A stretch of 64,000 bases of DNA from an uncultured Desulfarculaceae bacterium (GTDB lineage Bacteria; Desulfobacterota; Desulfocorpusculales; Desulfocorpusculum), in NCBI GenBank assembly GCA_964414345.1, contig CAYPWF010000005.1, forward strand, positions 6,974-70,973. The letters are read 5' to 3'. Below are positions 26,542-34,885 of the stretch, in pieces (position 1 is the first letter of the stretch; each line of letters starts with the position of its first letter). A program made the position numbers and the translations under genes. The notes below the pieces were generated by a model that saw only the letters and a list, made by a program, of their open reading frames with translations, had not been told where the DNA came from and made no database searches.

Positions 26542-27246
26542 TCATCGAGGCCCCCTGATTTTTCGAATGTGTTCCATTATCCTGGAAGCCACCTTTGAGG
26601 AGTCCAACCCGAGCACCTTTGCTATTTGGGTTAAGAAACCTTTCACGTAAACATCCGGAGGCAAGAAGTCATACGAATCCTCTTCAATAGACCGAAGATG
26701 GCCTCGTCCTATCTTGGTTCTTTGGGCTATTTCCTCCAGGCTTACAGAGCGGATCTCTCGCACCTGACGAAGCAATGCCCCGGTCCATTCTCCCCTTTGC
26801 TCTGCTGCTGCGAGGAGTTCCCTAACACGCTGTTCCATTTCTTCTCGCAGCTTTGGATCTTGCACAGAATGCGTTTCCAAACCTCTTGGCTTGGGCGGTA
26901 TGGGAAGCACTGGGTCAGCAGCCGCAAGCCTCAAGTGCTGCTCTGCCTCAAGGGGATAAAATCCCTTTTGCCTCAGAATCTCATCCCAATGGCCCCTCCG
27001 CTCCGGATCCATCAGGACGTTATAAGCCTCATGCACCTTGTTTAGGATTTCCTCACGTTGCTCCTCTGTGAAAAGTCCTGCTGTAGCCATGTGGCCGGGC
27101 CCGTAAGTCTTGAGAGCTATCTGAAAAGCCCTCTTGATCTCTGCCACCGTAGCCCTTGGATCCACATCTAGGACCTCGTAAGGATTCAGGGTTCCTAGCT
27201 CTATCATGGAATCTCCCAGCCTCTTATCAGAAGAAGTCAAAGGCAA
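26542..27246 (-). CDS. J-domain protein fused to a RodZ/XRE-type HTH domain
   Basis: N-terminal J-domain-like YEVLDVDPRATVAEIKRAFQIALKTYGP. The HPD tripeptide is not obvious (GPGH is present). C-terminal HTH_25-like LRQVREIRSVSLEEIAQRTKIGRGHLRSIEEDSYDFLPPDVYVKGFLTQIAKVLGLD. Confidence 0.5.
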   Translation of the reverse strand: MPLTSSDKRLGDSMIELGTLNPYEVLDVDPRATVAEIKRAFQIALKTYGPGHMATAGLFTEEQREEILNKVHEAYNVLMDPERRGHWDEILRQKGFYPLEAEQHLRLAAADPVLPIPPKPRGLETHSVQDPKLREEMEQRVRELLAAAEQRGEWTGALLRQVREIRSVSLEEIAQRTKIGRGHLRSIEEDSYDFLPPDVYVKGFLTQIAKVLGLDSSKVASRIMEHIRKIRGPR

Positions 27247-28162
27247 GCTGCCCTTGGCTCAGTAGCCTTTGGGTCAGGTTCTCTATACACTTGGCAGCAT
27301 TTGATTCAGGATAGCTCTGCAAGAGGGACTGACGGGAACGAACACATTGGATCACCCTCTCGTCAAAGTTTATATACCCGCTGTAATCAACCTTTAGTCC
27401 GAAATACTTGTGCACAGCGCTCCTGACTGAGAAGCCCACCTCCACATCCTCGTAGCGCCGCACCTGGTTCAGGACCAGCCTCACCTGAAAACTCTCCAGA
27501 TTTGACCTAAGAATCCGGCTCACCAATGGCTCTGTGCGCCCCAGATGTTTCAACAGCTCAGGCACGGGCTGAAAATCCTCTATTTTCCCAACATGAAATG
27601 CCCTATTCAGCGCGCTCTTCACGGAGCGTTTCCTGGTGCTTTTCACCAAGGTCCAGTAAATGGCCTCTTTGAGAAATCTGTATGTGTTCTCTATGGAGGT
27701 GGGCTCAGGCACTATCACATAGACCCCAAGAGTGGCCATCAAGAAAAGCTCCATAGTGGTCTGAGCACTTCCTGAGCCTATATCCAGTATTACGTAATCC
27801 ACCTGGGCGCGCCTCAAGGCATTGCGCAGCCTGTTCATGTCCCTGACTTTGGGGCCCCTCACAGGGTAATCCAGGGTGCCGCTCACAAGGAGCAGATTCG
27901 CCACCCCGGTTTCCTCCATATAATCGTTTAGATCGCCGTGATTTCCCTGAAAAAAAGCCCCTAAAGTATACTTGGGCCTTTCTATACCTAAGCAAGTGTG
28001 CAGATTTGCCCCTCCCACATCCGCATCCACCAAAAGAACTTTGTGACCCCTTTTGGCGAGACATATGGCCATGTTGCTGGCAATGAGGGTCTTGCCGGTG
28101 CCCCCCTTACCACCTCCCACTGCCCACACGGCCCTCGGACCCCTTCGAGACTCGCCCATCAC
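27227..28162 (-). CDS. MinD/ParA-family P-loop ATPase
   Basis: Deviant Walker A VGGGKGGTGKT; Walker B VILDIGSG; 311 aa. Confidence 0.8.
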   Translation of the reverse strand: MMGESRRGPRAVWAVGGGKGGTGKTLIASNMAICLAKRGHKVLLVDADVGGANLHTCLGIERPKYTLGAFFQGNHGDLNDYMEETGVANLLLVSGTLDYPVRGPKVRDMNRLRNALRRAQVDYVILDIGSGSAQTTMELFLMATLGVYVIVPEPTSIENTYRFLKEAIYWTLVKSTRKRSVKSALNRAFHVGKIEDFQPVPELLKHLGRTEPLVSRILRSNLESFQVRLVLNQVRRYEDVEVGFSVRSAVHKYFGLKVDYSGYINFDERVIQCVRSRQSLLQSYPESNAAKCIENLTQRLLSQGQLAFDFF

Positions 28163-28334
28163 ACCTCCAAATGCTGTTCCAATCCAGATACCTTTTCATT
28201 CAGCTCAAATTCCAAAGCAAAATAGCATGTTAGAGGCTGTAGCGCAACCCGCGCCCCCAAAAGGGAGAAGGTGGCTTCTTAAGCAATGTTTAAGCGCAGG
28301 ATTTCCTTTTCAGAAGGGGGCAAAGCTGCTTGCG

Positions 28335-28545
28335 AGTTAGCCCGGATTATTCTCAAAAGACCTTGGGCTTTAGGGCTATGCCCCCAAACCCCCAACTAAG
28401 CCTAAGCCTGGTTCGACTCAAACCAGGGCCAAACCTGAAACCGGGAATCAAGCTTTTTTTGAGCATGGACAAGTTTATCCAAATATGTCAATAAGATAGC
28501 CTGTATTGTTCACTCATCGTGAATAATGCGGGTTAGGTCTCCTTA
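28335..28545 (+). repeat. Copy B of the ~200-bp intergenic repeat family, with imperfect terminal inverted repeats
   Basis: 5' TTAGCCCGGATTATTCTC ... 3' GTGAATAATGCGGGTTAGG, whose reverse complement is CCTAACCCGCATTATTCAC (13/15 match to the 5' end). Interior shares CCAGGGCCAAACCTGAAACCGGGAATCAAG, TTTTTGAGCATGGACAAGTTTATCCAAATATGTCAATAAGATAGCC with copies A and D. Confidence 0.65.
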
Positions 28546-28555
28546 GCTTTTCCCC

Positions 28556-29326
28556 TCAGAGCACCCTGGCAAAAGTGATCACGTGCACCTGCTTTGCGCC
28601 TTTTCTGAGCAACTCCCGGGAGGCTTCCTTAAGGGTGGCCCCTGTTGTGTAAACATCATCCACGAGCAAGATGGTTCTTCTTTTCAAGAGGCTCGGCTCC
28701 CTCACGCAGAAGGCTCCCTTTACATTGTCTCGCCGCTGAGGCTTGCTGAGGCCTACTTGCGGAGGAGTTGCCTTGGGTCGCTCCAAGAGCCCAAGCTGGA
28801 GGGGAACACCTAGACCCTTTGCCACTGCCTTTCCCATTATTGCCGCCTGGTTGAACCCTCTGTGTCTTAGTCTTGAGACATGCAGTGGAATCGGTACCAC
28901 AAGATCCAAACCCAAGGCTTCAAGTTCTTTCCCAAGCTTAGAGAGAAGAAGCTCGCCCATAAAACGGGCCAGGGAAGCATTAGGTCCGTACTTCATCTTG
29001 TGTAAAAGCGGAAAGACCTCTTGATCGTAAACCACCAGGGCCCGGGCCGAGCGAAAAGGAGGCGGATTTTCCATACACTCCCCGCAAATATGGGAGGACA
29101 CCACAGCGGAGTGGATAGGCAAGGCGCAGGAGGGACAAAAAGGGGGTACCAACCATGATATCTCCTTGGCACACCGGCTGCAGATACCATGACCCCGCCA
29201 AACCAATAGAGCTTGGGGATCCTCAGGGCAGGTTTTCAACTCCCCTTCACAAAGCGCGCACACCCTTGGGAAGACCAGATCAACTATGGAGTTGAGTAAA
29301 TCAACCGAACGCTGGATCAGGGCCAT
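28556..29326 (-). CDS. comF: ComF-family protein (phosphoribosyltransferase domain with N-terminal zinc ribbons)
   Basis: PRTase motif LLVDDVYTTGATLKEA; N-terminal CxxC pairs (CALCEG...CSRC, CPSC...CGEC). Confidence 0.75.
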   Translation of the reverse strand: MALIQRSVDLLNSIVDLVFPRVCALCEGELKTCPEDPQALLVWRGHGICSRCAKEISWLVPPFCPSCALPIHSAVVSSHICGECMENPPPFRSARALVVYDQEVFPLLHKMKYGPNASLARFMGELLLSKLGKELEALGLDLVVPIPLHVSRLRHRGFNQAAIMGKAVAKGLGVPLQLGLLERPKATPPQVGLSKPQRRDNVKGAFCVREPSLLKRRTILLVDDVYTTGATLKEASRELLRKGAKQVHVITFARVL

Positions 29327-29408
29327 GTCCTGGTGTCGTTGGAATGGGAATTTCCCCCCAGGCTATGAACTAGACTCATGCCCCATCCTGCGGGGAGCTG
29401 ATGAGGCG

Positions 29409-29831
29409 CTATGATTCCTGTTCTGTTTCGGCCTGCGCGGGTTGCTCTGCTTGAGACAGCTCCAGCCTGGGTGCATCCGACCATAGCCCTTCCAAGTCGT
29501 AGAATTCCCTGATTTGCTTTTGAAATATGTGTGCGACCACATCACCGAAATCCATGAGAACCCAGCGGGCAGCAGCCATTCCCTCCACCGAGGTGGGTCT
29601 CCACTTCAAAGCCTTTAACTCCCTTTCAAGGTGTTCTGCTATGGCTTGCACCTGCCTGTCAGACCTGCCCGTACATATGACGAAATAGTCCGTGAAAGAG
29701 GCCACCTTCCTCAAGTCCAAGATCAAGACATCCTGGGCTTTTTTGTCCTGCATGAGATGGGCAATCAACAAGGATTTCTCCTGGGAAACCCTCTTGCTTT
29801 GCACAACATCTCGGCTTTCATCAAGAGCCAT
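29409..29831 (-). CDS. rsfS: Ribosomal silencing factor RsfS (Iojap)
   Basis: DVLILDLRKVASFTDYFVICTGRSDRQVQAIAEHL; 140 aa. Confidence 0.85.
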   Translation of the reverse strand: MALDESRDVVQSKRVSQEKSLLIAHLMQDKKAQDVLILDLRKVASFTDYFVICTGRSDRQVQAIAEHLERELKALKWRPTSVEGMAAARWVLMDFGDVVAHIFQKQIREFYDLEGLWSDAPRLELSQAEQPAQAETEQES

Positions 29832-30504
29832 GTGCTCTCTCCACCGGCCTGGACTCGCCTTTTGCCCCGTAAAGGCCGTGCAGGTTTATGTAATCTGCCA
29901 CTTCCTCGGGTAGGAGGTACTTTACTGATCGGCCGTTTTCCAGGAGATTTCTTATCTCTGTGCCGGAAATCTCCAGTGAGCGGAAACCCCTGAAAAAGAC
30001 CCTGTGCCCGCTTGGGTGAACCCAGGCCCGTTCATTGGGATCATAGTGGAAAACATTGCTCATTTTGGCGGGCAAAGCTCTTTTTCCAGAAGGTCTGAAT
30101 CCGGCTCTTCCCAACACGATCCAGTTGCTGATGGCAAAGAGCTCCCGGTAAGCCTTCCAGGTGTGGATAAAAAGAAAGGCATCCAAGCCCACCAAAAAGA
30201 AAAGCTCCGCCTCCGGAGCCTGCCTCTCCCGTAAAAGGCACAAGCTCTCCAAAGAGTAAGAAGGCCCCGGACGGCTGCATTCCAGGTCAGACACCTGGAA
30301 TGCCGGGTTTCCTGCCACAGCCCTTTTTACCATCTCCAACCTGTGCGCTGCAGGGGCTACCCGCTTTTTTCTCTTGTGAGGGGGCACACAAGCCGGCAGG
30401 AAAATCACCAGCTCCAAGCCAAAACTTTCCCTGGCCTCCTCTGCCAGCCTAAGATGGCCGTAGTGAATGGGATCAAAGGTCCCGCCGAAAACCCCAATGC
30501 GCAC
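29821..30504 (-). CDS. nadD: Nicotinate-nucleotide adenylyltransferase
   Basis: MRIGVFGGTFDPIHYGHL (HxGH nucleotidyltransferase motif). Confidence 0.85.
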   Translation of the reverse strand: MRIGVFGGTFDPIHYGHLRLAEEARESFGLELVIFLPACVPPHKRKKRVAPAAHRLEMVKRAVAGNPAFQVSDLECSRPGPSYSLESLCLLRERQAPEAELFFLVGLDAFLFIHTWKAYRELFAISNWIVLGRAGFRPSGKRALPAKMSNVFHYDPNERAWVHPSGHRVFFRGFRSLEISGTEIRNLLENGRSVKYLLPEEVADYINLHGLYGAKGESRPVERAHGS

Positions 30505-30505
30505 C

Positions 30506-31750
30506 TTATTCCCTTACCTGTCCGTCACCGTAGACCACAAACTTGGTGGTGGTCAACTCTTCCACACCCATGGGCCCGTATGCATGGAGCTTGGTGGTAC
30601 TGATTCCTATCTCAGCCCCCAAACCCAGCTGGTAACCGTCGCTGAAGCGGGTGGAGGCATTGACCAGCACCACCGAGGATTGCACCTCCTGGAGAAAGCG
30701 TTGGGCATTCTTGTAATCCCGTGTCACAATGGATTCCGTGTGGTCAGAGCCGTACCTGGCGATGTGGTCCATGGCCTCCTGGAGCCCTTCCACAACACGC
30801 ACAGCCAGGATAAGGTCATTGTACTCTGCGTACCAGTCCTGCTCTGTAGCTTCCTTGAGATCCGGCAGAATCTCCCTTGTGAGAGTGCAACCGCGAAGCT
30901 CCACTCCCCGCTCCTTGAGCTTGGAGCCTATCCTAGGCAAAAAGGCGGGGGCTATGTTTCGATGCACCAGAAGCGTTTCCATGGCATTACATACTGCCGG
31001 CCTTTGCAGCTTGGCATTCATACAGATCCTCTCGGCCATATCCAAATCCGCCGACTCATCCACAAACACGTGACAGACCCCTTTGTAGTGCTTTATCACC
31101 GGGATCTTGGATTCTGCCACAACCGCCCTGATCAGCTCTTCTCCACCCCTGGGGATGATGACATCAATTATGCCCTCCAACTGAAGCATCTCCCTGACCG
31201 CCTCCCGGTCAGTGGTTGGAATCATGCTCACAGCCCCTTGGGGCAAGCCTTCTGTCTTAAGAGCCTCCCGCAGGATCTCCACTATGGCCTGATTGGAGCG
31301 GAAAGCCTCCGAGCCCCCCCTAAGAACAACTCCGTTCCCTGACTTAATGCAAAGGGCAGCGGCATCGGCTGTCACATTTGGCCTTGCCTCATAAATGATG
31401 CCCACCACACCCAAAGGGATTCTCATACGCCCCACCATAAGCCCGTTGGGGCGCTTCCACATGCGCACAACCTGCCCCACAGGATCCGGCAATGCCGCCA
31501 CCTCCCTGATACCTCGAGCCATCTCCGAGATGATCCGCTCCGTGAGGGTAAGTCTATCCAGCATGGGCCGAGAAAGCCCGGCCTTTTGGGCCAAATCCAG
31601 GTCAAGCCTGTTCTCCTGTAGAAGCTTGGGGGCCTCCTTCTCCAGCGCCGAGGCCATGGCGTGAAGGGCCCTTTCCTTGCGATCCGAAGAGATCCTGGCC
31701 AACTCCCTGGCCGCCTGTTTGGCCTCCAAAGCCACCTCCCGCACACTCAT
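30506..31750 (-). CDS. proA: Gamma-glutamyl phosphate reductase
   Basis: 414 aa aldehyde-dehydrogenase fold with a typical ProA N-terminus; follows proB. Confidence 0.85.
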   Translation of the reverse strand: MSVREVALEAKQAARELARISSDRKERALHAMASALEKEAPKLLQENRLDLDLAQKAGLSRPMLDRLTLTERIISEMARGIREVAALPDPVGQVVRMWKRPNGLMVGRMRIPLGVVGIIYEARPNVTADAAALCIKSGNGVVLRGGSEAFRSNQAIVEILREALKTEGLPQGAVSMIPTTDREAVREMLQLEGIIDVIIPRGGEELIRAVVAESKIPVIKHYKGVCHVFVDESADLDMAERICMNAKLQRPAVCNAMETLLVHRNIAPAFLPRIGSKLKERGVELRGCTLTREILPDLKEATEQDWYAEYNDLILAVRVVEGLQEAMDHIARYGSDHTESIVTRDYKNAQRFLQEVQSSVVLVNASTRFSDGYQLGLGAEIGISTTKLHAYGPMGVEELTTTKFVVYGDGQVRE

Positions 31751-31808
31751 AATTCTTCCTCCTCCCCCAGCTATCCTACAGTCTGTTCTCTCCCTTTATT
31801 CCCTTATC

Positions 31809-32948
31809 TCAAAGGATCACCACCAAATCGTCCCTGTGGATCACCTCGTCGAAGTACCTGTAGCCCAGTATGGACTCTATCTCAGAAGTCCTGCGCCCCT
31901 GGATCCTACGCAGCTCTTCAGAGCTATAGTTCACAAGACCCCGGGCAAATTCAACCCCGTTCTCCCCCACACAGCTCACTGAGTCGCCTGCGCCGAAATT
32001 CCCTCTTACCTCCTTGAGTCCAGAGGGAAGCAGGCTCTTGCCCCTCTCCACCACAGCCTTGCGCGCCCCCTGATCCACCACCAGGGCCCCGCAAACGGTC
32101 CTGGAATAAGCTATCCAGTGTTTCCAGCTATTTATGCGGTTTTCCTTGGGAAGCACCAGGGTCCCCAATTCCTCACCCCCCAGGACTCTCTCTAGAACCC
32201 TCTCCCTGCCGCCGCTGGTAATCACTGTGGGAACTCCGTACACAGAAGCTGTGCGGGAAGCTTGCAGCTTGGAGATCATTCCGCCGGTTCCTACTTGGCT
32301 GGTTGTGAGTTCCACCATGGAGAATATTCTCTCGTCCACATCCTGCACCACTGCTATGCGCCGGGCCTCGGGATGAGCCTTGGGATCCTTGTCGAAAAGT
32401 CCGTCAGTATCCGTGAGGATAAGTAGCAGCTCAGCCTGGACCAGGTTTGTCACCAAGGCGGAGAGGCAGTCATTGTCCCCGAACTGGATCTCCTCTGTGA
32501 CCACCGTGTCATTCTCGTTGATGATGGGTAGGATCCCCCAACGTATCAATGTGAAAAGGGTGTTGCGGGCATTGAGGAATCTTCTGCGCTCGGCTAGGTC
32601 CTCCCTGGTAAGCAGGATCTGGGCCACCTTACGGCCTGTCCTACCGAAGCACCTCTCGTACATCCACATGAGCCTGGCCTGGCCCACTGCAGCAGCAGCC
32701 TGTTTCTCCGGAATACTCTTGGGCTTCCTTCGAAGTCCAATCTTGCGCGTGCCCGCGGCGATGGCCCCCGAGCTGACAAGAACCACCTCGTAGCCTTTCC
32801 CCATAGCTCTTGATATGTCGTCACACATGCTCTGGATGCGTTGTTCATCCAACCCCCCATGGCCGGAGGTAAGCACTGCGCTGCCCACCTTCACAACCAC
32901 CCGCCTGACCTGGCCCAACATATCGGCCCGGTTCACCTGGCCGCTCAC
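31809..32948 (-). CDS. proB: Glutamate 5-kinase (with PUA domain)
   Basis: VVVKVGSAVLTSGHGGLDEQRIQSM...VVLVSSGAIAAG. Confidence 0.85.
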   Translation of the reverse strand: MSGQVNRADMLGQVRRVVVKVGSAVLTSGHGGLDEQRIQSMCDDISRAMGKGYEVVLVSSGAIAAGTRKIGLRRKPKSIPEKQAAAAVGQARLMWMYERCFGRTGRKVAQILLTREDLAERRRFLNARNTLFTLIRWGILPIINENDTVVTEEIQFGDNDCLSALVTNLVQAELLLILTDTDGLFDKDPKAHPEARRIAVVQDVDERIFSMVELTTSQVGTGGMISKLQASRTASVYGVPTVITSGGRERVLERVLGGEELGTLVLPKENRINSWKHWIAYSRTVCGALVVDQGARKAVVERGKSLLPSGLKEVRGNFGAGDSVSCVGENGVEFARGLVNYSSEELRRIQGRRTSEIESILGYRYFDEVIHRDDLVVIL

Positions 32949-33988
32949 CCCCCTAAACCTCCTTCTCTTTCCTCTCCCTTTTCCACAGGCATATTTTTGA
33001 GTCTCATAAAGATCTCCCCAAGGAGTTCCTCGACTCCTTGGCCTGTAAGGGCGCTTATCTGGTAGCAGCTTATGGATTCTTTGCTCAGTAACTTGTGGAT
33101 CTCCCGCTCACGAAGACTGGCCCCCGGTAGATCTACCTTGTTTAGAGCCACCAGGCAAGGCCTCTGTAAAAGGCTGGGTTGGTACATTTGCACTTCGTGA
33201 CGAAGGATCTGAAATTCCTCCACCGGCCCCCTTTCCCGATTGGGATCCAGGTCAAGGACATAAAGAAGAAGCCTTGTACGTTCAACATGCCTGAGGAATC
33301 GAAGACCCAGCCCCACTCCCTTATGCGCCCCCTCCACCAGGCCTGGCAGATCGGCCATCACCATACGCTCTTCATCGCTTAACTCCACAACCCCCAAATG
33401 AGGGTTTAGGGTGGTGAAAGGATAGGAGGCTATCTTGGGGCGGGCAGAAGAGACCCTGGCCAAAAGCGAGGACTTTCCAACATTGGGCAGTCCCACCAGG
33501 CCCACATCGGCCATGAGCTTTAGCTCCAGGAGTACCCACCGCTCCTCACCGGTTCCAGGAGGTGTGGAAAACCTGGGGGCCTGACGCGTGGGGGTGGCAA
33601 ACCTGGCATTACCCTTTCCCCCATGCCCTCCCTTTGCAACCACCACCCGCTGCCCGGCATGGGTTAGGTCTGCCAAGACCTCACCGCTTTGAGCATCCCG
33701 CACAAGGGTACCCACCGGCACCCTCAGCACCAAATCCTCCCCGTCCGCTCCGTGACGGTCGTTTCCCTCCCCGTGCTTACCGGAACCGGCCTGGAAATGC
33801 TTTTTGTAAGAGTAATCCAGCAGACTTTGGACCTGGGAAGAGGCCTCTATCACCACATCTCCGCCGCGGCCGCCGTCTCCGCCGTCAGGTCCGCCCTTGG
33901 GACGGAACTTCTCTCTCCGGAAACTGATACAGCCCCGCCCGCCCGCTCCCGAGCGGACGTGAATCTTGGCCTCATCCAGAAAAGGCAT
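32945..33988 (-). CDS. obg: GTPase Obg/CgtA
   Basis: Start at MPFLDEAKIHVRSGAGGRGCISFRREKF; G-motifs GLPNVGKSS and DLPGL. Confidence 0.85.
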   Translation of the reverse strand: MPFLDEAKIHVRSGAGGRGCISFRREKFRPKGGPDGGDGGRGGDVVIEASSQVQSLLDYSYKKHFQAGSGKHGEGNDRHGADGEDLVLRVPVGTLVRDAQSGEVLADLTHAGQRVVVAKGGHGGKGNARFATPTRQAPRFSTPPGTGEERWVLLELKLMADVGLVGLPNVGKSSLLARVSSARPKIASYPFTTLNPHLGVVELSDEERMVMADLPGLVEGAHKGVGLGLRFLRHVERTRLLLYVLDLDPNRERGPVEEFQILRHEVQMYQPSLLQRPCLVALNKVDLPGASLREREIHKLLSKESISCYQISALTGQGVEELLGEIFMRLKNMPVEKGEEREGGLGG

Positions 33989-34077
33989 GCATCCTGGCTT
34001 TGCCCCCCGGGCCACGGCCCTGGAAGGCCGTTGGTTGGAACCTCCCCGAAAAAGGTTTGGACACCGCCTGGCACACC

Positions 34078-34332
34078 TCAAACTGAGTAAACACTCACCA
34101 CCCTGCGGCGTTGACCCTTTGTTTCAAAGCGCACCACACCGTCTATCTTGGCAAAGAGCGTGAAGTCCCTTCCCATGCCCACATTCAGGCCGGGGTGAAA
34201 TTTGCTCCCCACCTGCCTCACCAAGATATTACCGGCTTTAACGCGCTCCCCGCCGAAGCGCTTCACGCCCCGGCGCTGGCCCTGACTGTCCCTACCGTTT
34301 CTCGAACTCCCCACGGCTTTCTTATGAGCCAC
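34078..34332 (-). CDS. rpmA: 50S ribosomal protein L27
   Basis: [29 protein letters not shown]. Confidence 0.9.
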   Translation of the reverse strand: MAHKKAVGSSRNGRDSQGQRRGVKRFGGERVKAGNILVRQVGSKFHPGLNVGMGRDFTLFAKIDGVVRFETKGQRRRVVSVYSV

Positions 34333-34345
34333 GGCAAAACCTCCC

Positions 34346-34660
34346 TTACTGCAAATGGATCTCTTCTATGCGAAGGCCTGTGAAATCCTGCCTGTGCCCT
34401 TGGGTCTTGCGAAAACGCTTGCGCCTTCTCATCCTGAAGACCCTGATCTTGGGGGATCTGCCCTGCTGCTCTATTTTAGCCACAACGCTGGCCTCCACAA
34501 CATAAGGCTGCCCGACTCTTATTTTTTCCCCCTCCTGCACCAAGAGCACCTGCTCCAGCTTAAGCCTATCACCTACTTCTCCCTCGATGCGCTCCACCCT
34601 CACCAGATCCCCTTGCTTGACCCGGTATTGCTTACCGCCTGACTCGATGATAGCGTACAT
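34346..34660 (-). CDS. rplU: 50S ribosomal protein L21
   Basis: [23 protein letters not shown]. Confidence 0.9.
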   Translation of the reverse strand: MYAIIESGGKQYRVKQGDLVRVERIEGEVGDRLKLEQVLLVQEGEKIRVGQPYVVEASVVAKIEQQGRSPKIRVFRMRRRKRFRKTQGHRQDFTGLRIEEIHLQ

Positions 34661-34885
34661 TTTTCCCTCCTGCCGGCACCCCCCTGGGTTGGAGCCTCTT
34701 GCCCTCGGGGCACTCAGACCCTCTATAATATCCGGCTCGTGGCTTTTCAGTCAAGCTGCTTTGCAGCTAAGCACTGGCGAACTCAGCAGAGGTTTCTTGG
34801 GGTATGCTTTCAGGACAAGCCCTTGTGCCTGCACTCAGGGCATGGTACAAAAAAACTCATTTTCCGGTATGAAAGGAGCAAGGCA

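Noticed and set aside
34739-34885. ATG-initiated N-terminal extension of glyS
   Set aside because: It is non-conserved and overlaps the rplU-glyS divergent promoter region. GTG at 34886 with an AAGGAG RBS gives the canonical GlyS N-terminus.
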